From Epithemia pelagica (lineage: Eukaryota; Protista; Bacillariophyta), in the NCBI GenBank assembly GCA_946965045.2, contig OX337240.1:124001-188000 (forward strand): 64,000 nucleotides of DNA, in the 5' to 3' direction. Below the pieces are notes generated by a model. That model did no database searches. It was not told the origin of the DNA and saw nothing but the letters and a program-made list of their open reading frames with translations. Shown here piece by piece: positions 1 to 9,886 of the stretch. The position numbers and the translations under genes are program-made. Position 1 is the stretch's first letter. Every line of letters starts with the position of its first letter.

Positions 1-639
1 TTCATGGTTATCAATACCCACAATAGTGATATGGCGGGCAGTCTTAGAAAGGATGCGCATGTCAGAACCAGCAAGTCCTCCATTAGCACCACGGTCAATC
101 AATTGATTTCCTGGTAAAGTAGATTTCCTGGAAAACAGATAGCGTGGAACATGTCCTGCTTGTTTATGCATGTTGGTTTTGAAAGTAACCTTCTTGCTCG
201 TCTTGGACTTGGCGTTAGAAAGAACACTAGTCAGGTCAGTTGCCGGGTGATTGATATCAGTCGTCATGGCTTGGTTGATAAATTGTGTAACCGGATCTGA
301 ATCATCTGGATGCTCAGGGACAACGCCAGGTGAGTCGTCATCAGATGCAACTTGGTTGGGGTCAGGATCAGGTTCCGGATCAATGTCGAGGGCATGTGTT
401 TGCACTTTCCTCGGTGTTGTTGATGAAGGTGCTTGAATCATCTTGTTATACTCAATGATCAACTTGCGATCTTCTTCAGAAAGTTTGAACCATAGGTCAC
501 GCGGTAGACTAACCTTGGACGAAGAGGATGGAGATTCAGATGTCGCTGTGGTGTTATGGACATGATACTCCATATCATCTTGTGAGGTTATGTCAGCATC
601 TGTATCTTGGCCATATAGTGATTCATGTTGTTTGACATG
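1..639 (-). CDS. pol: Copia A pol N-terminus (aspartic protease region), partial
   Basis: Manual translation continues in the gag frame past the TGA at 640-642 with no further stop: HVKQHESLYG...VSLPRDLWFKLSEEDRK...LIDRGANGGLAGSDMRILSKTARHITIVGIDNHE. Confidence 0.88.
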
Positions 640-1827
640 TCAACGGCGACTATGAACAGATGACTGGGTTGCTTGATCATGGTCATAAGCTGCATCTAGA
701 AGGAGACGGAAGTATGATTGATAGCAAAGGGATTTTGCACCGGATTTGGTGTTCACCACATTATCCAAGATCTTGACTCGGCGGAGATCAGGTACCTTTT
801 CTACAGCTTGCATGAAGAAGGTCATCCTGGTATGATCAGGGATGCGATCAGACAATGTCACTAGATTGTCTAGCAAACGTAGCTGCTCTTGAAAGTGTAG
901 AAGAAATTGATGTGTTGTTCCGCGCCATGTGTCGTCAAGACGTAGATTGGAAATGTAGTTGGTTAAACGGAGAACCTCTCGCTTTGCTAGGTCGGATTCG
1001 GTATGCAAAGAGTGTAACTTCTGCAATACGGCACGCGCATCTTCATCATGTTCATGTTCACGTACATAGGCTCGACCTTGGTCAGTCTGAATGATACGGA
1101 CAAGAACAGAGTAAAGAAATACTTGTTGCTCTTGAAAAAGTTCTTCGGCATACTCATCATCATGGGGTGGTGTGTATTTGAAATTCAGAACGTTGGATAG
1201 GCCTTGAGCCTTAGCTGTAGTCTTGAATACACGCCAGAATGAATCGTAGTATCGTTCATCCTTGAATACCTCATATGCAGTTGCATCGCGCTTAGTTCCC
1301 TTTCTGAATGCTGTAAGGTCTTGTTGAGATTGGGATGCGGCAGTAACTGTGCTGACAGATTTCACAGATGACGGTGACTTCATTGGCGAGACTGGGACTT
1401 GACTAGGTGGTCCCTTAGAGAAATCTGTGTTGATCCTCCAAGTGTTGAACTCTTTCCTCGTTAGGTTCATCCAGTCGCTATTGGATAGCTCGTCTTGAAT
1501 TTCATTGGTCTTGTATATGGCCCAATAAGCCAAGAGCTTGATCTGCTGTCTTGTGGGGCCTTGTAGATCATGTGTCTGTTTGTTGACCTTGTATTGTGTC
1601 AGTTCCTTCATGGATTCCTCGGTATTAGTTTGCATATACGAGATAACATGGGTAATGTTCTCAAAACCATGGTATTTCATCCACTTCATTAAGTAGTCGG
1701 CCCTTTCTTTGGTAAAGAATTGGCAGACAGTAAATATGATGTGGTCAAATAGGTCTGTGTCCGAGACATTGTCTTGGTTATCTTCTCCCTTAAGAGTCGT
1801 AGGTGTCTTGGGTGATTGAGGATCCAT
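640..1827 (-). CDS. gag: Copia A Gag (395 aa up to an in-frame TGA)
   Basis: CoDi-type gag motifs FRKGTKRDATAYEVFKDE, YSVLVRIIQTDQGRAYVREHE, WRGTTHQFLLHFQEQLRLLD. Confidence 0.88.
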   Translation of the reverse strand: MDPQSPKTPTTLKGEDNQDNVSDTDLFDHIIFTVCQFFTKERADYLMKWMKYHGFENITHVISYMQTNTEESMKELTQYKVNKQTHDLQGPTRQQIKLLAYWAIYKTNEIQDELSNSDWMNLTRKEFNTWRINTDFSKGPPSQVPVSPMKSPSSVKSVSTVTAASQSQQDLTAFRKGTKRDATAYEVFKDERYYDSFWRVFKTTAKAQGLSNVLNFKYTPPHDDEYAEELFQEQQVFLYSVLVRIIQTDQGRAYVREHEHDEDARAVLQKLHSLHTESDLAKREVLRLTNYISNLRLDDTWRGTTHQFLLHFQEQLRLLDNLVTLSDRIPDHTRMTFFMQAVEKVPDLRRVKILDNVVNTKSGAKSLCYQSYFRLLLDAAYDHDQATQSSVHSRR

Positions 1828-1828
1828 G

Positions 1829-1958
1829 GTGTTATTTGGTTGGTTCGATGTTTATTTAATGTGCGGTGTGATGTGGTTTATTTAATGTGTGATGTGTTAT
1901 TTGGTTGGTTCGATGTTTATTTAATGTGCGGTGTGATGTGGTTTATTTAATGTGTGAT
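1829..1958. repeat. Tandem duplication 2 x 65 bp directly upstream of the gag ATG
   Basis: GTGTTATTTGGTTGGTTCGATG... starts at 1829 and at 1894; each unit contains GTTTATTTAATGTG twice. Confidence 0.9.
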
Positions 1959-2212
1959 GTGATGTGAACCCGGATGTACCACGTGTGCCACGTATGTACC
2001 ACGTATGTGATACCCGGATGTGTGTTGTGATGTGCGACTCCTGGAAATTTCCGTTGATTTCGACAAATTTTCGCCGAGTTTCAACAAATTTTCGCCGAAT
2101 TTTCGCGATTTGACGGGAATGTGTGGCGTGTTGTGCGACCAAGGGTACCCGGATGTGCGTTGAGTTTAAGTCTTGGAAAGGTTTTGAGAGGACGGGAGTT
2201 AACTATGAGTAA

Positions 2213-2992
2213 TTAAGCTTCGGTCTCCGAATCCCCACTCTCTTCCGAATAATCAGAGTTGTTTCCAGGCTCAGATGGAGCAGCACAAGCAACAGAAGAA
2301 GGGGTATCACCTTCAGCCAGGTGGTTCTCGACCTCGGTACGCAAAGGGAAGATAGTTGCACGATGGTCCTCGATGGTATGGACCTCGTGGATGTAGGCAA
2401 CGTAGTTATCTAGGCGTACAACGTTAGGAGGCAGAGGGCAAGTCGTCGTGTTCACGACGTGGATGGTATTGTAGTATCCAGTTGGGCTCTCGAAGGTTAG
2501 GAAGCGGAGGTGGACAGTACGGATGGGGTTGCCCGAGAGGGCGGCCAAGATGAGGCGACGCCTCGGAGAACGATGAAGTTGGTCGTTCAGACGGTCAATG
2601 TCTTCTTGGTCGACGATGTGGGTCACCGATTGGAACTGGCGTTCGATCTGGGTCTCCCCACGGATGATCTCGGGATCGAAGGTCGAACAAGTTGGTTGAC
2701 GGAAGTACTTGATATGATCAGCAATCAACCGGGTGGTACGACGGGATCGAGAAGGGACGAGCCGACGAGGCGGACTCGGGGGCCGAAGCAACGGCGCAGG
2801 GATTGGAGCGTGAGGCTGGGTTGGAGTCTCGAATGGGTTGCTGTTGGAACTGTCGACGGAGATGTTGACCGATGTGTTGGCTGCCATCGGCGTCGGCACC
2901 AGTTCCTGCTGCACCAGGGTATCGGGCTGCCCGGGATGCAGGTTGGCTCGATAGATCTGTCGTACAGGAGTGATAATCTCGTTAGTATCCAT
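2213..2992 (-). CDS. Extra ORF (259 aa) of Copia A, between PBS and gag; unknown function
   Basis: Real ATG 36 nt downstream of the LTR end, uninterrupted, same sense as gag-pol. Pro-rich N-terminus, globular-looking middle, acidic tail. Confidence 0.7.
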   Translation of the reverse strand: MDTNEIITPVRQIYRANLHPGQPDTLVQQELVPTPMAANTSVNISVDSSNSNPFETPTQPHAPIPAPLLRPPSPPRRLVPSRSRRTTRLIADHIKYFRQPTCSTFDPEIIRGETQIERQFQSVTHIVDQEDIDRLNDQLHRSPRRRLILAALSGNPIRTVHLRFLTFESPTGYYNTIHVVNTTTCPLPPNVVRLDNYVAYIHEVHTIEDHRATIFPLRTEVENHLAEGDTPSSVACAAPSEPGNNSDYSEESGDSETEA

Positions 2993-3014
2993 GAAACCAC
3001 AAGGAAATAAGCTT

Positions 3015-3028
3015 TGAGACTGTTAATC
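3015..3028 (-). promoter_or_regulatory. Primer-binding site of Copia A, complementary to a tRNA-Asn(GUU)-like anticodon arm
   Basis: Plus strand reads TGAGA-CT-GTT-AA-TC immediately before the LTR TG. Confidence 0.6.
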
Positions 3029-3811
3029 TGTTACAATTCTTTCTGAATCGTAGGGACATTGATGCTCGGTAGAGCAGACAATCAGGTAGGTCACCAACCG
3101 ATACAAGCTTCTCAGGGTCAGAGAAGCAAGCAAGTCGAAGTCTATCAGAAGGATAGTCGGGACACAAAAGAAGATGTGATAAATGGTGATATTGTTAGAT
3201 TGTGTGTTGATTACTACGATAGGTCTACGTGAAATGTTCGGTCCTGCCAAGGGTCGTGTGTCATAGGTTCTTGGCGGCAACAGGTTTGGAATAGTTGGAG
3301 TTGATTCATGTGATGTATATGACATGTATATGTGGGCGGATAACATATACAGGGTCAACAGCTCTTGCTTTGGGTTGGCATAGTTGTTTTCATGGCGCGC
3401 AGCTTGTTGACAATTTGGAGATTGTGGGAATGGAAATATGGTCTCGCGTGATCGTGTGTCGTGCTTGGGATACTTAGACCGTTGGGTCGGATAGATGCCG
3501 ATAGCGCTCGGATGTCGCTTGGGCGCGTTCGATGATTTCGGGCGCGTACGCTTAGGGCGTTAGTATAATGTCCGAGCAACGGCCAAATTTACGTCCGTTG
3601 TAATACCGCACGACCCAGTTTAGTCTTGAGAGTGAGTTCGTCAATCTATTCTCACTTTTCATGATTTGCGAAGAAATATAGGTCGATATAGCGCGAAGCT
3701 AGGAAACATAGCTCGAAGCTAGAGGGCATGATGCGATAGCACGAGGCTATGTGACATGGGGAATCGATGAGATGTAGAATCTAACCACCATAGACGGTGA
3801 GAATTCTAACA
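3029..3811 (-). repeat. 5' LTR of Copia A (783 bp)
   Basis: Termini TGTTAGAATTCT (minus strand, from 3811) and TGTTACAATTCT (plus strand, from 3029) form an 11/12 inverted repeat with TG...CA ends. Host reading frame is lost exactly at 3811. Confidence 0.85.
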
Positions 3812-4547
3812 TCGGGCATAATCACCTGTTGTTCCAACAAGTGGGTGCCCAATTGAACGGCTTGTGCTAGTGAAATGTCAAAGTGTGCTTGCAGAGCTCG
3901 CGTCGCTTGTTCCCCCGTAAAAATATTGCGATGCACAGTCCATCCCTTGGTAACGTCTTGTATGGGCAATAGGTCCTTGAGCAATTCGTCATTTCCAACA
4001 CGGTCATTTTCTTGTTTTTGTTGTTTGGCGTTTGTTGCTGCGGACCGTCTTCTTTTGTAGTACGAGTACTAGTTGGTAGGACAATGGAATATTCCTCAGT
4101 GCCTCGGGGAGGTCCCAGATCCACGACAGTTTCAGGAGAGTGTTGAGGAATTTGAAAGCGTGGATTGGAGGGATCAAACTGTTGTTCAATTTCTTGTTGA
4201 AACCGTTGATAGGCCGATTGATAGACGACTCGTTTTTCCTGCTGCTCCTCCTTTTTGCTCTTATTGATCTTCTTCTTCTTGTTATCCTGGACTGTCTCAC
4301 AATGGTCCGTTCCATCCCATTCGTGCAGGACGGCCAAGGTTTCATCGACGCCTCCGACATGACGGGTATTGAAAAAGACTTGCGGTGTTGATCGACGACC
4401 CTGACTGAGAGCAATCATATCGGCTCGCTTGTCGGGATGTTGGGTGGCACTAATTTGCACCAAGGGAATGCCCCGCCGTGCAAAAGCCGCCTCGACGCGA
4501 CGACTGTGCGGACAGCCGTCGGCACAAAACATGGTAATGCGGCCCAT
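3812..4547 (-). pseudogene. Glutaredoxin + DEP domain protein, frameshifted near 4000 and truncated by Copia A
   Basis: CPHS active site and STPQVFFNTRHVGG (Grx). DEP-like LLPIQDVTKGWTVHRNIFTGEQATRALQAHF...LGTHLLEQQVI lies in a shifted frame and is then cut by the LTR. Confidence 0.8.
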
Positions 4548-5635
4548 GGTGATGATTGTGTGTGGAATTGGTAGTTTTTTTGGTGTTCCGAACGAATATA
4601 GCAAGAAGATATCCAAAAAAGGAGCTGGAGCAAACAAAAATTGTGACACTGTGGTTGCCCATTGCCCACAGCCCGACGCGACGGTTTCGTGACGCCCTGT
4701 AAACTTCGTGAGCACGAAAGAAGGTCGACGAGCTTCCCCTACCAGATGCTGTTCCAAAGTAGCTACGAAAATTATGGAATGATCAAGATCCAATCGTGCC
4801 TGATTCAAAAATGCCTAGGCCATTCGCGACCTTTGAAATTATAAGCCCTGGAATCGTGTGTTTGGTTGCTCCGGATTCCATCGAACGTACTCGTGCGTCA
4901 TTGGAAATTGTACAGGTCTCTAGACCCTTGACGGATTGATCGACTGTCAGGATCGACAGAACGACCGATTTTGGACACCCATACTCCTATTTTTAAAAGG
5001 TGGACAGAAGCAATAAAAAGAATAGTTTGGTCATCCCTTCGTTCGACCTGACGGGCCATGTTCACGTCCTGACGAAAACGACGGACGTTTGCTCCTTTCA
5101 TCAATATCCAAGGCTTCCAGAATTTTAGTTGGTCGTGGGGGACCTGGGGGCTCTGGTCCTCATTCGTGGGTGTTCTCTCCCGACCGCGATCGAGAAGCGA
5201 CTCCTTCTGTGCCACAAAAAAGATCCAGAAATGCCACGCGAAGAATTGATGGAACGACGTCGATCCGGTTGCCACAGTCTTCTACCGATCGACTACCATG
5301 AACCTATGCGTGATTGTTTCGTCGGATACAATTTCTCGTTCGCGATTGCCAAATCATTGTCGCTTTGGATTTGTTGGAGAAAGAGGAGCAAAACTCGCCG
5401 TTCCTGAAGTGTATTGTATATGGTGTACCTCTATATCTATACAGAACACAAGACAGTCCGTGGAACGAGGAACAATGCATGGAACCACGATTGTATTATT
5501 GTATTGTCGAGTATAGTTAGAGCCAATGGAATTGTTCTTGTTTCCGATTGGATTCGATGCAGCACAGCAACATGCATCTTCACCAGTCGACAAACGTTGT
5601 TGCAGGACACTGGGGACAACCATAGCACACGGCTC

Positions 5636-6103
5636 TCAAGACTGATGTAACGACAATGCGTTTGAGGGTTTGACATTATCCTCACGGTCCTCCGCTTGCC
5701 GCTCGGTCGACTCATTTGGCTCCTTTGTTCGACCAGCCGCAGTTGCTGCGACAATACCTGCAATCACAGCCATTGCCCCTGCCCAGAAACCAGTCACAAA
5801 GGTTCCCCTGGCATCCACCAAACTTTGAAGTACATGGGGCCATCCAGGTTCGACATAGACATTGCCCATGGATGGATGAGGACACAAGACTCCGGCCACA
5901 ATGCCACTGGCTCCAAATCCTGCTGCTGTGACAATGACACATGGAACCAAGACACACGCACCGGCAACCACAGCTACCGTTCCCACCTTTTTCATCCATT
6001 CCTTTTTGTCATGATGATCTTTGGGTTCGACTTGCGTTTTTTCAGTTTTGTTCATGGTCTTGCCACAAATGGAACCTGCCATTGTTTTCTCCGTCATGAT
6101 CAT
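5636..6103 (-). CDS. ISG12/IFI27 (Ifi-6-16)-like protein, copy A, degenerate core
   Basis: AAGFGASGIVAG...LQSLVDARGTF. Middle of the motif is scrambled; first Cys of CPIC and the C-terminal CPHC are lost. Confidence 0.65.
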   Translation of the reverse strand: MIMTEKTMAGSICGKTMNKTEKTQVEPKDHHDKKEWMKKVGTVAVVAGACVLVPCVIVTAAGFGASGIVAGVLCPHPSMGNVYVEPGWPHVLQSLVDARGTFVTGFWAGAMAVIAGIVAATAAGRTKEPNESTERQAEDREDNVKPSNALSLHQS

Positions 6104-6815
6104 AATATGTCTTGGGGATGGTGGTAGCGAAATGATAAGAGATACTGCGATGCACAGGGAGCAACGAGTCCCCAAAAAACACTACTACCCGTCACGAGCC
6201 GTTATCGCAACACCAATAACACCAGCAACCTCAACGGTCCGACTACATCATGAACCAGGACCTCAACACAAAGACGGATGTATGTGAGAAGCGGGACCTC
6301 AAATTGTCTCAATCGTTGGGTCGGGGCGATAGAGCTGAAGTCCCGTTTCCAAGACCGATCAGGGATCCAGACGCGACGGAGAAGCGACTTTTATGCGGTG
6401 GTTTGTTTTTGCATTTGGATGGTTTGCCTTGCTCCATGATAATGAACACGAGGAGTCCCGGTCAAGAGGAAAAACCACATGTCGTCGATTTTGGCAGCAT
6501 CTCTCGAGGTGTTACTGGTGTTCAGCACCTGCCCAGCGGTGCATCGGCTTTGCCATTCACAATACCACAGTCTGGCCGCACGCAATCACCAGCAGCTTAT
6601 CGTCTTATTCCACTCTGCTACTTGCAAACATTATGGAGAACACGCCAGACAACATTTCGAAACAATGTCAACCACTAATACAGTGTATGTGTGTGTGGAG
6701 ATGGACGAAACCGGGTCCAACGTGTAGCATCCACGACAACGCCATCAACCCCTACCACTGCACGACAAAAGAAACTGTAACCACAATAGCGGAAGAAGAT
6801 CGGACTACTTCCTAT

Positions 6816-7408
6816 CTACATGGAGTATACTCCCAAAATACGATTTTTTTCTTGGAATGTTCTCTTTTGCTGGGATCGTTTCGACGCCGTCGAGGCACCA
6901 CTAGTTGTCACAGTCGCATGACAATGGGGACAAGTGTACGTGACGATTTCCGGCTCTGACTCCTCCGTCTCCTCTTCCTTCGACGTTTCCTGTTCGTCGT
7001 CGTTTGGACTACCAGCCTTGGCGGCCGCGGTCGCACCTGCGGCAACGGCCGCACCTCCTCCCCACATGCCCGTCACAAAGGTTCCGGTGGCACCTAGACT
7101 TTGCAGACCGGCAAAGGCAGATCCCGCAGCCACATTCCCAATCGATGCTTGCCAGGCGCCGCCGAACCAGCAATGATCCCACCGGCTCCAAATCCTGCTG
7201 CGGCGGCAATGGCACACGGAACCAATACAATCCCACCGACAACTGCAGCTGCCGTTCCCACCTTTTTCATCAATTCCTTGTCATCCTTCTTTTGCTTGTC
7301 GTCTTCATTCTTGTTCTTTGGAGTCTTGGTTTCTTCTGATTTTCCTTGGTCAAGAGTCTTGTTCATGGTTTTGCCACAAATGGGACATGTCATCCTAGTG
7401 GCCGTCAT
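6816..7408 (-). pseudogene. ISG12/IFI27-like protein, copy B, one frameshift near 7165
   Basis: MTCPICGK...AAAGFGAGGIIAGSAA in one frame; WQASIGNVAAGSAFAGLQSLGATGTF...TYTCPHCH in the next. Confidence 0.8.
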
Positions 7409-8307
7409 TTGGGATCTTTACAGTTTTTGGTTGGCGATGGTAACAACGATTCAAGTGTTCAAGCAAACGGATTGGAAAACAATGAGAGACGAGAGGGACA
7501 CCCACAGCTTGGAGTTTCCGAAGCAAAAACTCACAATGGCACGACACAACGAGCGCCGCCAACCCAGCAGTAACAACAATTAAGGAAGAAAGCGAGGACA
7601 AAAACTCTCTCTTGTTGTTTGAAGAAAAGGGTGACGCACGATGGTCGTTCTGCAGAATTTACCAATCAAACTTCAAGATGTGTACATGGAGAAGAAAGGG
7701 TTCCTCACCACGAATCATAACAACGGTTCAGACAACACGTTTCCAAAAAATTAAAGCATCGTCGTTTGTCGTTCACGGGGATGCTTTTTTCGTGCAGGTC
7801 TGGCTTTTGCGTTCACTGTCTGTCTCTACAAAAGAGAGAGAGGACGGAACAAACGCCGGCTCGAATCCAAAGGAATGCACAAACGTGTGGGCAAACCTGT
7901 GGTCCTGGATCCAAACAAATTCATTCCCCGGAACAATAATTGTAGAAAAGTGTGTCGGTGTAGATAGGGGAGTTCGTGCGGGTACCTCCACACGAGCCAA
8001 TCAGGGATGAAACAAATTATACTTGAAGGTTCTCGTTTCGACGATCAAGGCAACCTTTACCAATATTTCGTGGTACATCGATACAGGACGTGTCGCGATG
8101 GTACGTTACACTCCTACAACGGTCGAGCTTTTCTAATAGCAAGCATGTTTGTTTGGTTTCTCTGTGGTTCCTGTCTCCATCAGTCTATCTCATTATTTCG
8201 TATAACAGGGGAGACGGAGTGATAATGGTAGAAGCCACACGATAGCGAAGCGCGACCTCAAATCGTCTCATTCTCATTTGAAATATTAGTATGGATAGTT
8301 CTTATTA

Positions 8308-8395
8308 GATCGCATGACAGGGGACAAGTGTACGTGAAGATTTCGGGCTCGGAATCCTCCGTCTCCTGCTTCTTCGGCGTTTCCTTTTCGTCGTT
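8308..8395 (-). pseudogene. 3' fragment of a further ISG12-like copy
   Basis: DEKETPKKQETEDSEPEIFTYTCP, homologous to the tails of copies B and C, with shared flanking sequence. Confidence 0.65.
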
Positions 8396-8477
8396 TACCA
8401 AATGGAGGAAGAAGATCGGACTACCTCTCTGAGTGCACTACCATCAAATGGCGCGATTCTTCTTGAATTGTTCTCTA

Positions 8478-9101
8478 CTACTGAGATCGGTTCGACGCTG
8501 CTACTGAACCACCACCCGTCGTCACAGTCGCATGACAATGGGGACAAGTGTACGTGGTGAAGATTTCAGACTCGAACTCGTTTCTCTGCTGCTCCTCTTG
8601 CGATTGGTCTTTTTCTTCTATGCCGTTTCGACTACCAGCCACGGCAGTGGCTGCGCCCGCGGCGACGCTGGCTCCACCTCCCCACATGCCCGTCACAAAG
8701 GTTCCGGTGGCACCCATACTTTGGAGACTGGCAAAGGTCGATCCAGCAGCCATATTCCCAATCGATGCTTGCCACGCGGCTGCCGCCGAATTAGCCATGA
8801 TACCACTGGCTCCAAATCCTGCGGCTGAGGCAGCGACACAGGGAACAACGACACAAGCACCGGGAATTAAAGCTGCCCGTCCCACCGTTTTCATCCATTC
8901 CTTATCATCCTTCTTGTCGTCGTCGTCGTCTCCATTCTTATCTTGGGTGTCGGGATCTTGAGAGTCCTCCTTCTTCTCCTTCTTTGGATTCGTGGTATCG
9001 AATTCTTGTGTTTCTCGCGTTTTGTCTTGATGGGCAATCTTGTTCATGGGCTTGCCACAGATGGGACATGTCATCCTTCTACTACAAGTGGTGGTCGTCA
9101 T
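8478..9101 (-). CDS. ISG12/IFI27-like protein, copy C, intact (207 aa)
   Basis: MTCPICGK; GFGASGIMANSAAAAWQASIGNMAAGSTFASLQSMGATG (ISG12 motif); TYTCPHCH. Confidence 0.8.
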   Translation of the reverse strand: MTTTTCSRRMTCPICGKPMNKIAHQDKTRETQEFDTTNPKKEKKEDSQDPDTQDKNGDDDDDKKDDKEWMKTVGRAALIPGACVVVPCVAASAAGFGASGIMANSAAAAWQASIGNMAAGSTFASLQSMGATGTFVTGMWGGGASVAAGAATAVAGSRNGIEEKDQSQEEQQRNEFESEIFTTYTCPHCHATVTTGGGSVAASNRSQ

Positions 9102-9886
9102 GGATTGGGACTTTGTATTAGTCGTTTGTCCTTTCTTATATATTTGTTTTGTTTGGTGATGGTAACGACAAGAACAACAACAACGACCCAAGTGAGTGGT
9201 GGTGGTGAAGCAAATGGGGACGATTGTATACAATTTATGCGTGGAGGTTTCCTTTTTGCTTCGCGACAAGGATCCAGGCAACCTCCATAGTGTTTGTGCT
9301 ACCCAGATACAGGACACACGTCTCGCTGGGTACAATCGTCGACACTACACCAGCACCAGGGTCGAATCAAGGTCGAGCTTTTCTAGTGTGTGTTTGGGTT
9401 CTGGTTTTTTGTTTTTTGTTTTTGGTCCCCATCCGTCCTTCTCGTCATTTGTTCGTACAACACAGGAGAGGGAGTCCTAATCATGGTCGTAGTAACCTTA
9501 TAGTAGCAGCCACACGATAGATAGCGAAGCGGGACCTCAAATCGTCTACCTATAGTCCCGCATCCGCTCCTCGGAAATAAAAGCGACCTATAAGCGACGT
9601 TTCTGCTGTTGCTTTCTGTATCCCTACCCAACGCGCGGCGATGAGTCAGTCCCCACCGAAACCAGCAGACCATGATGTCGTCGTCCATCCCCTTTCCGCG
9701 ATAGCCACCATGATTACTGCTTGATTCGTTGGTGTCGACTCATTCCAAACGAACACAAGATTGACCAAACAGAGAGAGAAAAAGAGAGAGGGAGCGAGAG
9801 AAAGGTTATACGCTATACACACACTTTGGATCCGACCCATTCTCGTGCCGAGTTCGAAACAAAGAACAAGCAAAGCACAACGCATC

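Larger units (their letters stand above)
1..3811 (-). mobile_element. Ty1/copia (CoDi-like) LTR retrotransposon A, 5' part; runs off the left edge of the window
   Basis: 783-bp LTR with inverted termini, adjacent PBS, extra ORF, gag, and in-frame protease motif LIDRGANGGLAGSD. Interrupts the glutaredoxin-DEP gene at 3811/3812. Confidence 0.92.

Noticed and set aside
640-642. Programmed readthrough at the Copia A TGA
   Set aside because: The context TGA CAT GTC is not CARYYA and I saw no adjacent stem; a CGA-to-TGA change explains it more simply. Family alignment would settle it.
3085-3096. GGTAGGTCACCA as a tRNA-Trp 3'-end PBS
   Set aside because: It lies inside the LTR defined by terminal inverted repeats and is not followed by TG.
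4898-5275. Protein-like minus-strand ORF
   Set aside because: No recognisable motif, start or context; possibly a gene fragment.
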